From: Cyanobacteriota bacterium
Lineage (GTDB): Bacteria > Cyanobacteriota > Cyanobacteriia > Cyanobacteriales > Nostocaceae
Direction: 5' to 3'
NCBI GenBank assembly: GCA_046045965.1
Contig: JBJOKS010000018.1
Coordinates: 56,297-120,296 of the forward strand
DNA length: 64,000 nt
Part shown: one piece after another, positions 50,994 through 62,632 of the stretch
Position numbering within the stretch: position 1 is the stretch's first letter
How the letters are laid out: every line of letters starts with the position of its first letter
The notes under the pieces: model-generated
What the model saw: only the letters and a program-made list of their open reading frames with translations
Told to the model about the DNA's origin: nothing
The model's database searches: none
Made by a program: the position numbers and the translations under genes

Positions 50994-51363
50994 GGTGTCT
51001 CCAATTTTTTTGGCAGTGCTGTGAGTTACCAGCCACCCATAAATTAAATAATTCTTAAAATCAATTGTAAATAATTCTTAAAATCAATTGATTTTCTGCT
51101 GAATATTGCTAGAATTGCTTGTCAATATGGGTATATTGCCTATCATTAGCCTTACCAGTCAGATCAAAAAATATCGACCTGGATAATTAGGTTATAAACT
51201 CAAGGCCAATTACTGAATTCTATGCAAACTAGCCCATGAGGTTGGGTTTGTTTACTGAACACACAACACAAATGCCTATAGCTGCTCAGATTGTTAAGAA
51301 TCTTTAAGCTTCCATAGGCAATTATAGCACTGTTGATGTGCTAATCAGTTATAGCTATTATTT

Positions 51364-52344
51364 TTAGTGAGCAAGTTCAGTAAAGACACCAATTTTGCGG
51401 AATTTCTCATAGCGGAGTTGACGGCGTTCAGTAGGAGTTAAGCGGTTTAGTTCGTCCAAATTATCCAACAGGGCTTGTTTGAGATTAGTAGCAGCTGTCA
51501 AGGGATCGGAATGAGCGCCACCGATAGGTTCAGGTAATATCTGGTCAATAATGCCCAAGTTTTTCAAGTCGTGGGAAATAATTTTTAAAGCCACAGCTGC
51601 TTGTGGTGCTTTACCAGCATCTTTCCACAAAATAGCGGCACAGGCTTCTGGGGTAGCAACGGTGTAAACAGAGTGTTCAAACATCAATAAGCGATCGCCT
51701 ACTCCAATACCCAATGCACCACCGGAACCACCTTCACCAATGACGGTACAGAGAATTGGCACATCAAAGCAGAACATTTGCCGTAAGTTATAAGCGATCG
51801 CTTCCCCCTGTCCTTGGTGTTCTGCTTCTATTCCTGCCCAAGCACCGGGAGTATCAATAAAGGTAATAATGGGCATACCAAATTTATTGGCGTGTTCCAT
51901 TAACCGCAGTGCTTTACGGTAGCCACCAGGTGCAGCCATCCCAAAATTCCGGGCGACATTATCTTTAGTATCTCGGCCTTTCTGATGACCTAACATCACC
52001 ACAGGTTGTCCACCCAAACGACCCACACCACCAACCAAAGCTGGATCATCACCACCACAGCGATCGCCATGTAACTCCATCCATTCATCACTAATAGCCT
52101 GGATGTAATCTAAGGTACTAGGGCGGCGCGGATGTCTTGCTACTTGTAATCTTTGAGATGGTGTCAGACTGCTGAAAATTTCCTCGCGCAGCTGTGTAGC
52201 CCTTGTTTCCAGTTGGCGAATTTGTCCAGAAACATCTACTCCATTTTCATCTGCCAGTTGGCGAATTTGGTCAATGCGGGTAGCCAGTTCGGCTAAAGGC
52301 TTTTCAAAATCCAACAGTAGGGGTTTGCGTTCAGTAATTGCCAT
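51364..52344 (-). CDS. accA: Acetyl-CoA carboxylase carboxyltransferase alpha subunit
   Basis: [34 protein letters not shown]. Confidence 0.97.
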   Translation of the reverse strand: MAITERKPLLLDFEKPLAELATRIDQIRQLADENGVDVSGQIRQLETRATQLREEIFSSLTPSQRLQVARHPRRPSTLDYIQAISDEWMELHGDRCGGDDPALVGGVGRLGGQPVVMLGHQKGRDTKDNVARNFGMAAPGGYRKALRLMEHANKFGMPIITFIDTPGAWAGIEAEHQGQGEAIAYNLRQMFCFDVPILCTVIGEGGSGGALGIGVGDRLLMFEHSVYTVATPEACAAILWKDAGKAPQAAVALKIISHDLKNLGIIDQILPEPIGGAHSDPLTAATNLKQALLDNLDELNRLTPTERRQLRYEKFRKIGVFTELAH

Positions 52345-52490
52345 AGTTAGGGAATAGGGAATAGGGAATAGGAAATAGTGACTGGGGACTGGGGACTGGG
52401 GACTGGGGACTGGGGAAGAAGCAGGGGGAAGTTATTTGTATTTTTCCCAATCACCTGTTCCCCAATCACCTGTTCCCCAATCACCAGCCC

Positions 52491-53510
52491 CTAAACTAAT
52501 AATGGTCTAAATCCGTGTTTAAGCGATAGTTGACCAATATGCTCCATTTTGTCTACGGTAATCTGATTGCGCCCCCAAGAAAAGTTTGTGTATAACTTCT
52601 CAAATTCCAGCAACATAGATTCTGCAAAACAAGCAAATAACTGACGTGCTGGAACATCCATATTGACGATTTTCATAATTTTCCAGTCAATATCCAGAGA
52701 ATGCTCGACAATTCCACCATTTAACACATATACCCCCGGATGCTGAATTTTCGTTCCTAAGTTTTTAGGATAGCCTCCATCAATCAATAAACAGGGTTGT
52801 TTTAACACTGTGGGGTCAATTTCTACACCTTTGGGCATACTAGCAACCCAAACTACAATATCTGCTTGAGGTAGTGCTTCTTCTAAACCCATGATTTTAC
52901 CACGTCCCAATTCAGCTTGTAGTTCTTGGAGACGTTCTTGGTTACGGGCGATCAGCAGTAATTCTTGGACATCTGTTTTTTTATCTAGCCAGCGTGTAAC
53001 TGCACTACCAATATCTCCAGTTGCTCCGCACACGGCTACAGTTGCTTTTGAGAGTTCTATTCCTAGCTGTTTGGAAGCTGCTTCTACCTGCCGGCAGATA
53101 ATGTAAGCTGTGTGGGTGTTTCCTGTGGTGAAGCGTTCAAAGTCTAATGTGACATTACGGACTTGTTTGGACTGCTCTAAATTAAAGTTCTCAAAAATAA
53201 TGGAGGAAAACCCACCTAAAGCCGTAATATTGATATCATGCTTTTGAGCATGAGCCATAGCGTTAAGTATTTTGCGTGTTGCTGCTTTAATCCGCCGATT
53301 TGCCAACATTTCCGGCAAAAAGCAAGATTCCACATACCGTCCTTCTATTTTTTGCCCAGTGATACTGGTGACGGTGATGTGATCAACAATTTGCGGTGGT
53401 GCGCTACACCAAAAATCTAGCCCTTGATCGGCATATTCTGGGTATCCCAATTCTTGAGCTACGGATTGAGCGTGTTCTAAACTAGTCAGATGTCCAATTA
53501 GACCAAACAT
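52491..53510 (-). CDS. aar: Long-chain acyl-ACP reductase
   Basis: [28 protein letters not shown]; follows ado. Confidence 0.96.
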   Translation of the reverse strand: MFGLIGHLTSLEHAQSVAQELGYPEYADQGLDFWCSAPPQIVDHITVTSITGQKIEGRYVESCFLPEMLANRRIKAATRKILNAMAHAQKHDINITALGGFSSIIFENFNLEQSKQVRNVTLDFERFTTGNTHTAYIICRQVEAASKQLGIELSKATVAVCGATGDIGSAVTRWLDKKTDVQELLLIARNQERLQELQAELGRGKIMGLEEALPQADIVVWVASMPKGVEIDPTVLKQPCLLIDGGYPKNLGTKIQHPGVYVLNGGIVEHSLDIDWKIMKIVNMDVPARQLFACFAESMLLEFEKLYTNFSWGRNQITVDKMEHIGQLSLKHGFRPLLV

Positions 53511-53610
53511 TAGTGATATTTTAGGCGTGTGCTATGAAAAGCGTGGGAATAATAATCTCTAATTCTTAAAAATACTACATCCAGGGTCTAAATAGTTCGT
53601 AATTCTTAAA

Positions 53611-53653
<43 letters not shown>

Positions 53654-53712
53654 TAAGAAAGACTTAATTTTCCCCCCCCTGCTCCCCCTGCTCCCCCTGC
53701 TCCCCCTGCTCT

Positions 53713-54411
53713 CTAGACGGTTGCTAGTCCGTAAGCAGAAAGACGCATGATGTCACGGGTGGTAAAGCCAATGTTACTCAATGCTTCTCCGTATTGAATC
53801 ATGAAGTCTTCTACTAATGCTTCTTTTTCCATGCCCAAGATTTTGGCATCGTTGGCTACTTTGTTGAGCATTTGCCAGACAATAGGCAAGTTTTGGCGGT
53901 TTGCTGCTTCTAGTTCTTTTTTGGATTCTTCAAAGTTTGCTTGTAGCCAAACTTCACCAAAGTTAAGATGACTATATTCTTCTTTAACTACACCTTCAGT
54001 AATTTTGCGGGCAAACTCATCAGCTACGGGAATGTAAATGTTATAGGCTGCGATCGCAAAACATTCAATAATCAAAGATTGAATTAACAAACAGGTGACA
54101 ACTTTACCTTCTGCTGCTGCTGTTTGGAAGTTTTCATGCAGTCCTGAGAAAAACTCTTTAGCAAATTCCAAATCTGGAGTAACTTTTAAATTGCGTCCAC
54201 AAGCTTCAAACCCTTTCTTGTGTCTGCTTTCCATCTTGGAGAGCTTAATTAGTTCCTCTTTGCTGTCTTTCAGCAGTTCAGCTAATGTAATGTAATTTTC
54301 ATGGGCTTCTTGTTCCCCTTCAATCACTATCGCATTAATTCGGCTATAAGCGTCTTTATATTTTGCGCTCTGAAAATCAATTTTTTCAATTTGCTCAACA
54401 AGTTGCTGCAT
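53713..54411 (-). CDS. ado: Aldehyde deformylating oxygenase
   Basis: [32 protein letters not shown]. Confidence 0.96.
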   Translation of the reverse strand: MQQLVEQIEKIDFQSAKYKDAYSRINAIVIEGEQEAHENYITLAELLKDSKEELIKLSKMESRHKKGFEACGRNLKVTPDLEFAKEFFSGLHENFQTAAAEGKVVTCLLIQSLIIECFAIAAYNIYIPVADEFARKITEGVVKEEYSHLNFGEVWLQANFEESKKELEAANRQNLPIVWQMLNKVANDAKILGMEKEALVEDFMIQYGEALSNIGFTTRDIMRLSAYGLATV

Positions 54412-54636
54412 AGTAGGTTTACTCCGTACCCCTAAGTTATTTTGCTACTGAAATTTAATTCACCCTCTCAATTGTGGGTAATCATCACTATTGTTTAATT
54501 TAACTTAACAAGAAGTTATGGTAATTAGATTAATTTTTACCAATCAGCACTTACCAAAAGTCAAGCATTTCCATCCTTTATTCCCCGTTTTCTATAATCT
54601 GACTAGGAAAAACCAATGATTTTGGAGTTATAAACC

Positions 54637-55464
54637 ATGTCGAAACTCAACAGAAATTGGCAAAACACGAACCTTTGGAGCTTTTTACTGTTACTGCTAG
54701 GAGCATTCATAGTTTTACTACCATTATTCGTGGTTTTTCTCACTTCCTTTGCTCCTGCGGGTGGGACACCGGGAGTTGGAGTCCAAAATAACTGGACTTT
54801 AGCCAATTACCAGGAAGCTTGGGAACGAGGCAAGTTTTTACTGGCTTTTGCTAATTCTACCTTAGTAGCGATCGCAGTTACAGCTTTTCAGATTATCACA
54901 TCTGCTCTGGCTGGTTACGCCCTCGCTAGGTTGAAATTTTGGGGTAGACAAGCAATATTACTAGTTGTATTGGCAACTTTAGTCATTCCCTTTCAGTTAT
55001 TGGTGATTCCTATTTTTCTGGTACTGAAGTGGGGACATCTGATCAATACTTACTGGGCTTTAATTTTACCGACTGCGGTTAATGGTTTTGGGATTTTTTT
55101 GTTACGTCAATATTTCCAGACAATTCCCGTAGAATTGGAGGAAGCTGCTGCTATTGATGGCGCGAACAGATTACAAATTTTATGGCAGGTCATGTTACCT
55201 TTAGCACGTCCAGCTTTAGTAACCTTGTTTTTGTTCACCTTCATCGGTGAATGGAATGATTTATTTAAGCCATTAGTATTTACAACTAGACCTGAATTAA
55301 GAACTGTACAACTAGCTTTAGCAGAATTTCAAGAACAGTTTACCAATAATTGGCCGTTGATGATGGCTGCGGTGACAATTACTACTGTTCCTGTCATGGT
55401 ATTATTTTTAATTGGACAAAAGCAGTTTATTCGCGGTATTGCAGCAACGGGGATTAAGAATTAG
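54637..55464 (+). CDS. Carbohydrate ABC transporter permease
   Basis: ELEEAA.IDGA (EAA motif), AGYALAR, WNDL. Confidence 0.93.
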   Translation: MSKLNRNWQNTNLWSFLLLLLGAFIVLLPLFVVFLTSFAPAGGTPGVGVQNNWTLANYQEAWERGKFLLAFANSTLVAIAVTAFQIITSALAGYALARLKFWGRQAILLVVLATLVIPFQLLVIPIFLVLKWGHLINTYWALILPTAVNGFGIFLLRQYFQTIPVELEEAAAIDGANRLQILWQVMLPLARPALVTLFLFTFIGEWNDLFKPLVFTTRPELRTVQLALAEFQEQFTNNWPLMMAAVTITTVPVMVLFLIGQKQFIRGIAATGIKN

Positions 55465-55716
55465 TCAGAATTAGGATATCCAGGATTTTAGGATGTACAG
55501 GATGTAGGTTTCTATTTTTTTTATGTCAAGACTTGACAAGACGTGAAAATTAAATTACAATTATGTTATGAGTAGAAATCTGTGCGCGCATATATAGTAA
55601 AATTTTCAAGTATTAGCATCATTATTCCTCCAAAATCAAAAAATCGTTAAATCCTCCAAATTGATTACTCAATTTTATCCTGTGAATCCTTAAATCCTGG
55701 ACATCCTGATTCAGAC
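55464..55716. mobile_element. 253-bp MITE-like element with 40-bp TIRs built from 9-bp-periodic AGGAT units; contains a consensus-like promoter
   Basis: 55464-55503 versus the reverse complement of 55677-55716: 34/40 identical; TTGACA-17 nt-TACAAT at 55533-55561. Confidence 0.7.
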
Positions 55717-55721
55717 AAATA

Positions 55722-55906
55722 ACTCGATTTGCTAAAATTACTGTAAAAAAATATCAAGTTAAAATTATAGTATATAATCCAGATCAGGAGGTAATCATAC
55801 AATGGCAAACATAGAACATTATTGTCAGCGTATTCAAACCATCCTCAAAGAACATGGTAAATTTAAGCAATTTCTTCAAGTAGTGCAAAATTCTTGTTTT
55901 TCCTAG
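55722..55906 (+). pseudogene. xisH 3' end / xisI 5' end remnant
   Basis: Hand translation TRFAKITVKKYQVKIIVYNPDQEVIIQWQT* (55722-55814) overlapping MANIEHYCQRIQTILKEH... (ATG 55802, stop 55906). Confidence 0.7.
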
Positions 55907-56102
55907 TTTCCGTTTTCGACGTTAATCTGATCATACAGATATAAAAAGCCAAATCCAAGCAAATGAAATAAACAATTCTTTGCGCTCTTTCCTTTGCGCC
56001 TCTGCGTCTCTGCGTGAAACAAAAAAATCCACAATGTAAGGTAAACCACTCCAGCCTAACATATAAAAATACTAAACTCAGATTCTGTCACAAACAGAAA
56101 AT

Positions 56103-56366
56103 ATGCAAAAGCTGGGTTTGGTTTTAATCATTGTCTCATTTTTACCCTGGTTAGCGATCGCTATCATTTTACCATTTCTACCAATTTCCGTAGCCCAAAA
56201 AGCCTTAATAGTACCAGCTTTGTTGGTTTTGGCTGAAGTTATATTTTGGTTAGGTGCGCTACTTGTTGGGAAGGAAGTAGTACAGCGATATCGACGTTAT
56301 TTGAATTTTCGTTATTTACGGATATTGTTCAAAAGATGGCAACGGAAAAACAGAAAAAGATTGTAA
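56103..56366 (+). CDS. Small two-TM membrane protein (transporter-suffix-domain-like)
   Basis: KLG..L...SF..W, AE..FW.G.LL.GKE...RYR. Confidence 0.75.
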   Translation: MQKLGLVLIIVSFLPWLAIAIILPFLPISVAQKALIVPALLVLAEVIFWLGALLVGKEVVQRYRRYLNFRYLRILFKRWQRKNRKRL

Positions 56367-56410
56367 TTGGATAGAATAAGTATTGAGAAGTATCTGTGTA
56401 AATTAAGAAA

Positions 56411-56704
56411 ATGACAGCACAAAAACTGAGTGAAACCGAACTACAACAAGCCCTCAACAGTTTACCAGGATGGCAAATTAAAGAAGGCAAATTATACAAA
56501 GAATACAAATTTAAAGACTTTGCTACCGCTTTGGGTTGGATGGTTACAGCAGGTGTGTACGCAGAAACAATGGGACATCACCCGGAATGGTTTAATGTTT
56601 ACAACACTGTGATAGTTAATCTTGTTACCCACGATATCGGTAATGCTATCAGTAATTTAGATGTGGAACTAGCTAAGAAAATGGAAGAAATATATAGTAA
56701 CTAG
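56411..56704 (+). CDS. Pterin-4-alpha-carbinolamine dehydratase
   Basis: FKDF..A, AE.MGHHPEW, V.L.THD, D..LA. Confidence 0.93.
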   Translation: MTAQKLSETELQQALNSLPGWQIKEGKLYKEYKFKDFATALGWMVTAGVYAETMGHHPEWFNVYNTVIVNLVTHDIGNAISNLDVELAKKMEEIYSN

Positions 56705-56771
56705 GGAACAGGGAACAGGGAATAGGGGAGAATAACCAATTACCCATTACCAATTACCCATTACCCATTAC

Positions 56772-57833
56772 CTAATTTGTCTCCTGAATTTGTAACCTAA
56801 TAGTATGTTCTGTTGCACCACTGAGTTTAATTTCCATCACTTCCCCTCCTAGTGGTTCAACACAACTCAGGAGCGATCGCAAATTAGGTGTACTTGCTCC
56901 CGTATCTACATACAATCTATCAGCTAAATTACTGATTTTCTTCCAAGTCATGTATAACTTAGCTATACCTTGTTCCATTTGAGATGCTTGGTTTACCAAG
57001 TCCGCTGCAATACTCAAACATCCCATTCTTTGCGCTTCTTCCAATGCGGTTTCAATATCCACATTTTCTTCTGTCAGTGCTTGCACTTGCACAGCAGATT
57101 TGAGATATTTTGCTAATTGACGGGCTTCTGTAGTAGCTTGTTTTAAAGTATCAACATCAGGATTTTCAGATATTTCCCTCTGTAACGCCTTCTGGTGTGA
57201 TTCGGGCAGTTTTTCCATTTCCTTCACCAGAGGGGCGATGTAGCGGGCAGGAAGGCTATTATCTGCGGCTTTTTCCTTGACTGGTTCAGGTAACAATTCT
57301 GAGGACATCGCTGTCCATTCATCCGTGAGTTGACGGACTTCTCTGCGGGTGATGCGATCGCCTTTTTGCGCTGCTTCACTTACCATCTGTTGTACTTCTG
57401 GTGCAGCTTTAGCAGTTTCTACAAAAGCCCGTTTACTAAAATTATTGACGGTACTGGGGTCTAGTTTACCATCTTCAATTAATGTATCAGCACTGTTAGC
57501 TAATTGAATCCAAGAATAAGCTTGAGTTTTACTAATTTCCCGTTCCTTCAACCATTTGAGGAAACCAGTACCTCTACCATCTCCACCTTTTTTCTCTCTG
57601 TCGCGAATAGCGCGTAAAATGCGACCCCGCCAAATTTCCGTTTGCAGATCAAAGCGATCGCATACTTGCCAAGCTACATCTAACTGCTGTAAAAAGTCAG
57701 ACTCAGCAATTTGTTCATCTTCTGGATCTGGTAATTCAAAATCCAAGTCTACAGGCTGTTGCAGTGCAGCAGCAAGGTCATTCATAGAGTCGGTATCTTG
57801 CACGGTAGATAGCTGGTTGGTGGATGCGATCAA
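56772..57833 (-). CDS. Conserved cyanobacterial hypothetical protein with a DUF3102-like HTH segment
   Basis: Long ORF; G..L...R....G.GF..WL....S...AY..IQLA; start uncertain. Confidence 0.7.
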   Translation of the reverse strand: MIASTNQLSTVQDTDSMNDLAAALQQPVDLDFELPDPEDEQIAESDFLQQLDVAWQVCDRFDLQTEIWRGRILRAIRDREKKGGDGRGTGFLKWLKEREISKTQAYSWIQLANSADTLIEDGKLDPSTVNNFSKRAFVETAKAAPEVQQMVSEAAQKGDRITRREVRQLTDEWTAMSSELLPEPVKEKAADNSLPARYIAPLVKEMEKLPESHQKALQREISENPDVDTLKQATTEARQLAKYLKSAVQVQALTEENVDIETALEEAQRMGCLSIAADLVNQASQMEQGIAKLYMTWKKISNLADRLYVDTGASTPNLRSLLSCVEPLGGEVMEIKLSGATEHTIRLQIQETN

Positions 57834-57916
57834 CTCACTGTTACAAATTCTGAGTAATTACACAGGATAAGCAACAATAAGCAGGTAAATATTATAGAGG
57901 AAAAATTCAAAATTAG

Positions 57917-59497
57917 TTAAATCAATTTCACAGAAGTACAACAGCGATCGCGTCCTTGTTGTTTTGCTTGATAAAGTGCCTCATCTGCGGCTTTAATCAA
58001 AAGTGCTGGTGTAGTATCAGAACTGGGAAAAATACCAGCAAGACCTAAACTCAATGTCACCTGCTGACTTACCTGTGATGCAGTATGGGGAATAGCTAAA
58101 GCTTTTACCTGAGAACGGATATTTTCTGCAATCTGCAAAGCTTCCTCTGTGTTAGTATCAGGCATAATCACAGCAAACTCCTCACCCCCATATCTTGCCA
58201 CCAAATGAGCAGGTTTGTTTACACCTTGAATCATAGCTTGAGCAACTTTTTTTAAACAAACATCACCCGCTTGATGTCCATAGGTGTCATTATATCGCTT
58301 AAAAAAATCCACATCACACAAAATCAACGATAAACAAGATTTTTCCCTAGTCATGCTGATCCACTGTTCATGGATATACTCATCAAACCGACGACGATTA
58401 GCCACCTGTGTCAAGCTATCATAGTTAGCAAGATAATAGAGAGATTTATTATCTAATTTGATTTTTCTATGTTCCCGTAAAGCCACCAAACCAGTCGTCA
58501 TTCCTAACAATACTATAGGTGAAGCTACAGGCAACCAATAATTAAGTTTGAGCATCACCAAACTTAAAAATACCCAAATACTCGCCAAAACCACAAAAAA
58601 TAATAATTTAGTTCTAGTTCGCCAGTAATAGCTTACCCAAGCTAAACCAGGACCACCCAGCAAAAATAACATCACCCAACCACCACGGGGAAAAAGGTGC
58701 AAAAAATCACCTTGTAAAAAATTACTAATAATTGTGGCGTGTACACACACCCCACCCGTGGGTGGTTCATAATCAAAGGGAGTGCTTAAACCATCAATAC
58801 CAGGAGCAGTAATTCCCACCAACACTATTTTATTAGCAAATTTCTCAGGGGGAATTTTTTGCTGTGCTACATCTACAAAAGAATACTGTGGGATATCCTC
58901 AGCTTTACTGATCCAATTGATCCACAAAGGATGAGCTAAATTTTCCAGTGGGGGAGTTTGCGCAAAAAAATTATAGCCTTTAACAGCCGCTATTCCCAAT
59001 AACGGGATACCTTTAATGTTTGTTTCCGCTCTGCGAACCATACCATCCCCATCCTTATATCTGAGGATATGGCCTGTACCCATAGCTGCATCTTTGAGTT
59101 CTTTTCTCGGTAGCCACAGTTTTCCTTCAGTATTCCATGCTTGACCTATGATTACTCTACCATGTTGCTTCATGGCTTGTACCAACATAGCATCATCAGG
59201 ACTGGGTTCAGAAAAAATAATATCTAATGCAACTACATTCTGTTGAGCTTTTGCCAAAACGTTTAATAACTCAATATATCTTTGTCGTGACCAGGGAAAC
59301 TGTCCAAATTCACCTAAACTTTTATCATCTATTGCTACCAATACAACACGCTCACTCCAGTTAATAGGTCCCCTGATGCGAAAAAAGTTGTTATAGATGA
59401 TCCATTCTAGTGGTTGAAAGACTTTAAGAAACAGTAACAAAGCAACTATTAATATTGCTATCCAACCCGGAAAGGAGCGCCGAAAGAATTTATTCAC
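57917..59497 (-). CDS. CHASE2-domain diguanylate cyclase
   Basis: VLVAIDD.SL..GQFPWSR, D.DG.VRR, GV..HA; three TMs; DVDFFK.YND.YGH..GD, RYGGEEF. Confidence 0.93.
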   Translation of the reverse strand: MNKFFRRSFPGWIAILIVALLLFLKVFQPLEWIIYNNFFRIRGPINWSERVVLVAIDDKSLGEFGQFPWSRQRYIELLNVLAKAQQNVVALDIIFSEPSPDDAMLVQAMKQHGRVIIGQAWNTEGKLWLPRKELKDAAMGTGHILRYKDGDGMVRRAETNIKGIPLLGIAAVKGYNFFAQTPPLENLAHPLWINWISKAEDIPQYSFVDVAQQKIPPEKFANKIVLVGITAPGIDGLSTPFDYEPPTGGVCVHATIISNFLQGDFLHLFPRGGWVMLFLLGGPGLAWVSYYWRTRTKLLFFVVLASIWVFLSLVMLKLNYWLPVASPIVLLGMTTGLVALREHRKIKLDNKSLYYLANYDSLTQVANRRRFDEYIHEQWISMTREKSCLSLILCDVDFFKRYNDTYGHQAGDVCLKKVAQAMIQGVNKPAHLVARYGGEEFAVIMPDTNTEEALQIAENIRSQVKALAIPHTASQVSQQVTLSLGLAGIFPSSDTTPALLIKAADEALYQAKQQGRDRCCTSVKLI

Positions 59498-59538
59498 AGA
59501 TGGAAGAAAGTTAAAAATAAGCTGATGCTCCTTTTACT

Positions 59539-60369
59539 TCAAGGAACTGCTAACTCATATTCCTGCTTTTTACCTAAAGGTGTCGTCACTGTAACCGCAA
59601 TACGGCGATTAGCAGGAAGCAGTATTAAAATGTCAAAAGTACCATCTCTGTTGGTTGTTAGTGGTTGATTTTCCAGCATAATCAAGTTAACAGGATCAAT
59701 TTTACCTGCAATTCGCGCTTGTTGATTTGCTACTGCTGCTAAAAATCTCACATCTAGGCTAGTATCATTTCTTAATGGTATGGGTGGTGATGGTGGTTCT
59801 CCAGGAATAATTAAACTCTGAAAACCTTTTTTTACCAGCACTGTTTTACCTTGAGCAGATGTAGCTACACTCCCGGTTAAGGTTGCTACTCCTGTTTTAC
59901 CACTGGTTTCTACACTCACACCAAATTCTGTACCCCTGACTCCTGTAATTCCAGCTGGTGTTTCAATTTGCAAGCTAGAATCATCGTGGGTAAAAGGACG
60001 TAATTTTAATCTTACCTGTCCCCCTGTCACCTGTAAATGGGTGATGCGTCCACCTTTGTTGGTAGTTTGCATTTTTTGAATTTGCAGTTTTGTGTTTTCT
60101 GCAACTTGTATAAATCCAATCTCTGTATCTAGTGCCAACATGGTACTAGAACGCTGTCCTATGCTGATACTATCGCCGACTTTTTGTAGTTTTGTCCCTA
60201 CGCGAGCTGGTTGGGAACTCTGTTTATTTTGATAGGTGACATCTCCAGAAACACTACGAACTTCTAAAAAGCGGTTAACTCTTACCTGTAATCTATCCTG
60301 TGCTAATACTTGACTAATGGTTAACGCTACAACAAAAAATATACTCAATAATAACCAATGTCTTTTCAT
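59539..60369 (-). CDS. Secreted FecR-domain protein
   Basis: Signal peptide; TPAG..GVRGTEF.V; upstream of the CHASE2 gene. Confidence 0.85.
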   Translation of the reverse strand: MKRHWLLLSIFFVVALTISQVLAQDRLQVRVNRFLEVRSVSGDVTYQNKQSSQPARVGTKLQKVGDSISIGQRSSTMLALDTEIGFIQVAENTKLQIQKMQTTNKGGRITHLQVTGGQVRLKLRPFTHDDSSLQIETPAGITGVRGTEFGVSVETSGKTGVATLTGSVATSAQGKTVLVKKGFQSLIIPGEPPSPPIPLRNDTSLDVRFLAAVANQQARIAGKIDPVNLIMLENQPLTTNRDGTFDILILLPANRRIAVTVTTPLGKKQEYELAVP

Positions 60370-60470
60370 CTGATTTCGCAGTATATCACCCTTGTATCTA
60401 ATTTACGCGATGATCAGGCAGTTTCTAAATGTTTTCGATAGTCTAGAAATTAGTCTTCAGCTAAACAACA

Positions 60471-61454
60471 ATGAACCAGGTAGACTATCTCCGTATCAGT
60501 TTAATTGATCGCTGTAATTTCCGTTGTCTGTATTGTATGCCGGAAGGTGCAGAATTAGACTACATCCTCAAGCAACAGTTGTTAACTGATGAGGAACTGC
60601 TCACTCTTATTCAAGAGGTCTTTATTCCTGTTGGTTTTACCCGCTTTCGTTTGACTGGTGGTGAACCTCTACTTCGTCCTGGTGTGGTGGAGTTGGTAAG
60701 AAAAATTGCCCATCTTCCCCAAACTGAAGATTTAGCAATGACTACTAATGGGTTTTTATTAGCACCTATAGCTAAAAATCTCTATGATGCAGGTTTAAGA
60801 AGAATTAATATTAGTTTAGATTCTTTAGATGCAGATACTTTTGAGCAAATTATCGGTAATCATGGCCGTGGACGTTGGCCACAAGTCTGGGACGGGATTC
60901 TAGCTGCATATAATGTAGGTTTTGACCCGTTAAAGTTAAATGTAGTGGTAATACCGGGTGTTAATGACCATGAAGTTTTGGATTTAGCTGCTTTAACTCT
61001 TAATAAAAATTGGCACGTTCGATTTATTGAGTTTATGCCTATTGGTAATGGTCAATTATTTGGCGATCGCGGTTGGGTATCTTCTGCTGAGTTACGCGAT
61101 CGCATTCGTCAACGTTGGGGCTTGACAGAATCTCAAGTTCGTGGTAATGGTCCTGCTGATGTATTTCAAATTCCCGGAGCAAAGGGAACACTGGGTTTTA
61201 TCAGCCAGATGTCGGAGTGTTTTTGCGATCGCTGTAACCGAGTCCGTCTTTCTGCTGATGGTTTGCTTCGTCCTTGCTTATTAAACGAAACTGGGCAAAT
61301 TGATTTAAAATCTTCTTTACGTGCTGGTTGTAGCACCAAGCAATTACAAGAACAAGTCAAGCAACTATTAAACTTTAAATCAGAAATAAACTTTCAACAA
61401 CGCGACTCAGGTACAGCTGGCTCTTACACCCGTACCATGTCGCAAATTGGTGGA

Positions 61455-61457
<3 letters not shown>
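60471..61457 (+). CDS. moaA: GTP 3',8-cyclase
   Basis: YLRISL.DRCNFRC.YC, TGGEPL, RFIEFMP, FC..CNR.R, MSQIGG. Confidence 0.96.
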
Positions 61458-61656
<199 letters not shown>

Positions 61657-62265
61657 TTACGCTTGACGTGAGTAGTATTCCACAACCAGCAGTTCATTAA
61701 CTTGGAGTGCTACCCATTCTCTTTCAATCACACTATTAACTTTGCCAGTTAATTTGTTTTTATCAAATTCTAGGTGATTGGGAAGGTTAGCTAAACCGGG
61801 ATATTGCAAGTTTGTTTCTACCAATTTCTTGGAAGCTTCTCTATCTCTAACAGCAATTTCTTCACCAGGACGGCACTGATAGCTGGCAATATTGACTACA
61901 CGACCGTTAACAGTAACGTGACCGTGGTTTACCAACTGACGTGCTGCGGGAATGGTGGGAGCCATACCCATGCGAAAAACTGTGTTATCTAAACGCATTT
62001 CTAACAGTTGTAGCAACACTTGTCCGGTAGAACCAGTCACACGTCTGGCTTTACGAACATAGCGGAGCATTTGCTTTTCTGTTAAACCGTAGTTTAAACG
62101 GAGTTTTTGTTTTTCTTCTAAACGGATAGCATACTCAGACCGTTTCTTACGGTTTTGACCGTGTTGGCCTGGTGCATAGGCACGTCTAGCACTTTTGCGA
62201 GTTAATCCTGGTAATTCGCCTAAGCGGCGGACAATTCTGAGGCGAGGCCCTCTATATCGGGACAT
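61657..62265 (-). CDS. rpsD: 30S ribosomal protein S4
   Basis: [35 protein letters not shown]. Confidence 0.98.
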   Translation of the reverse strand: MSRYRGPRLRIVRRLGELPGLTRKSARRAYAPGQHGQNRKKRSEYAIRLEEKQKLRLNYGLTEKQMLRYVRKARRVTGSTGQVLLQLLEMRLDNTVFRMGMAPTIPAARQLVNHGHVTVNGRVVNIASYQCRPGEEIAVRDREASKKLVETNLQYPGLANLPNHLEFDKNKLTGKVNSVIEREWVALQVNELLVVEYYSRQA

Positions 62266-62632
62266 GAGTTTCCTTATTAATCCTGTTTAAACTTTACCCA
62301 AATAAATTATTATGACATTCTTTGCGGCAATGATCCAGAGAAAAATCATAAAAATTATTTTATAGCAGAAGTCAGGAGTTTTGGATTTTGGATTTTGGAT
62401 TTTGGATTTTGGATTTTGGATTGATTTTGGACTGAAGCTATTCCCTATTCCCTGTTCCCTGTCTTAACCGAAATACTTTCTCCCCAAACCCTAATTATTC
62501 CATAACTGAGAAAATTCCTGAATTTAATTACAGGTTGGTAAAAACCTAAGTTAGCATAACTGTGGGTGTTTCGAGAATAAGAGAGAATAACATAGAATAA
62601 CAATAATAACAAGCCAAAAACATCAAAAACAA

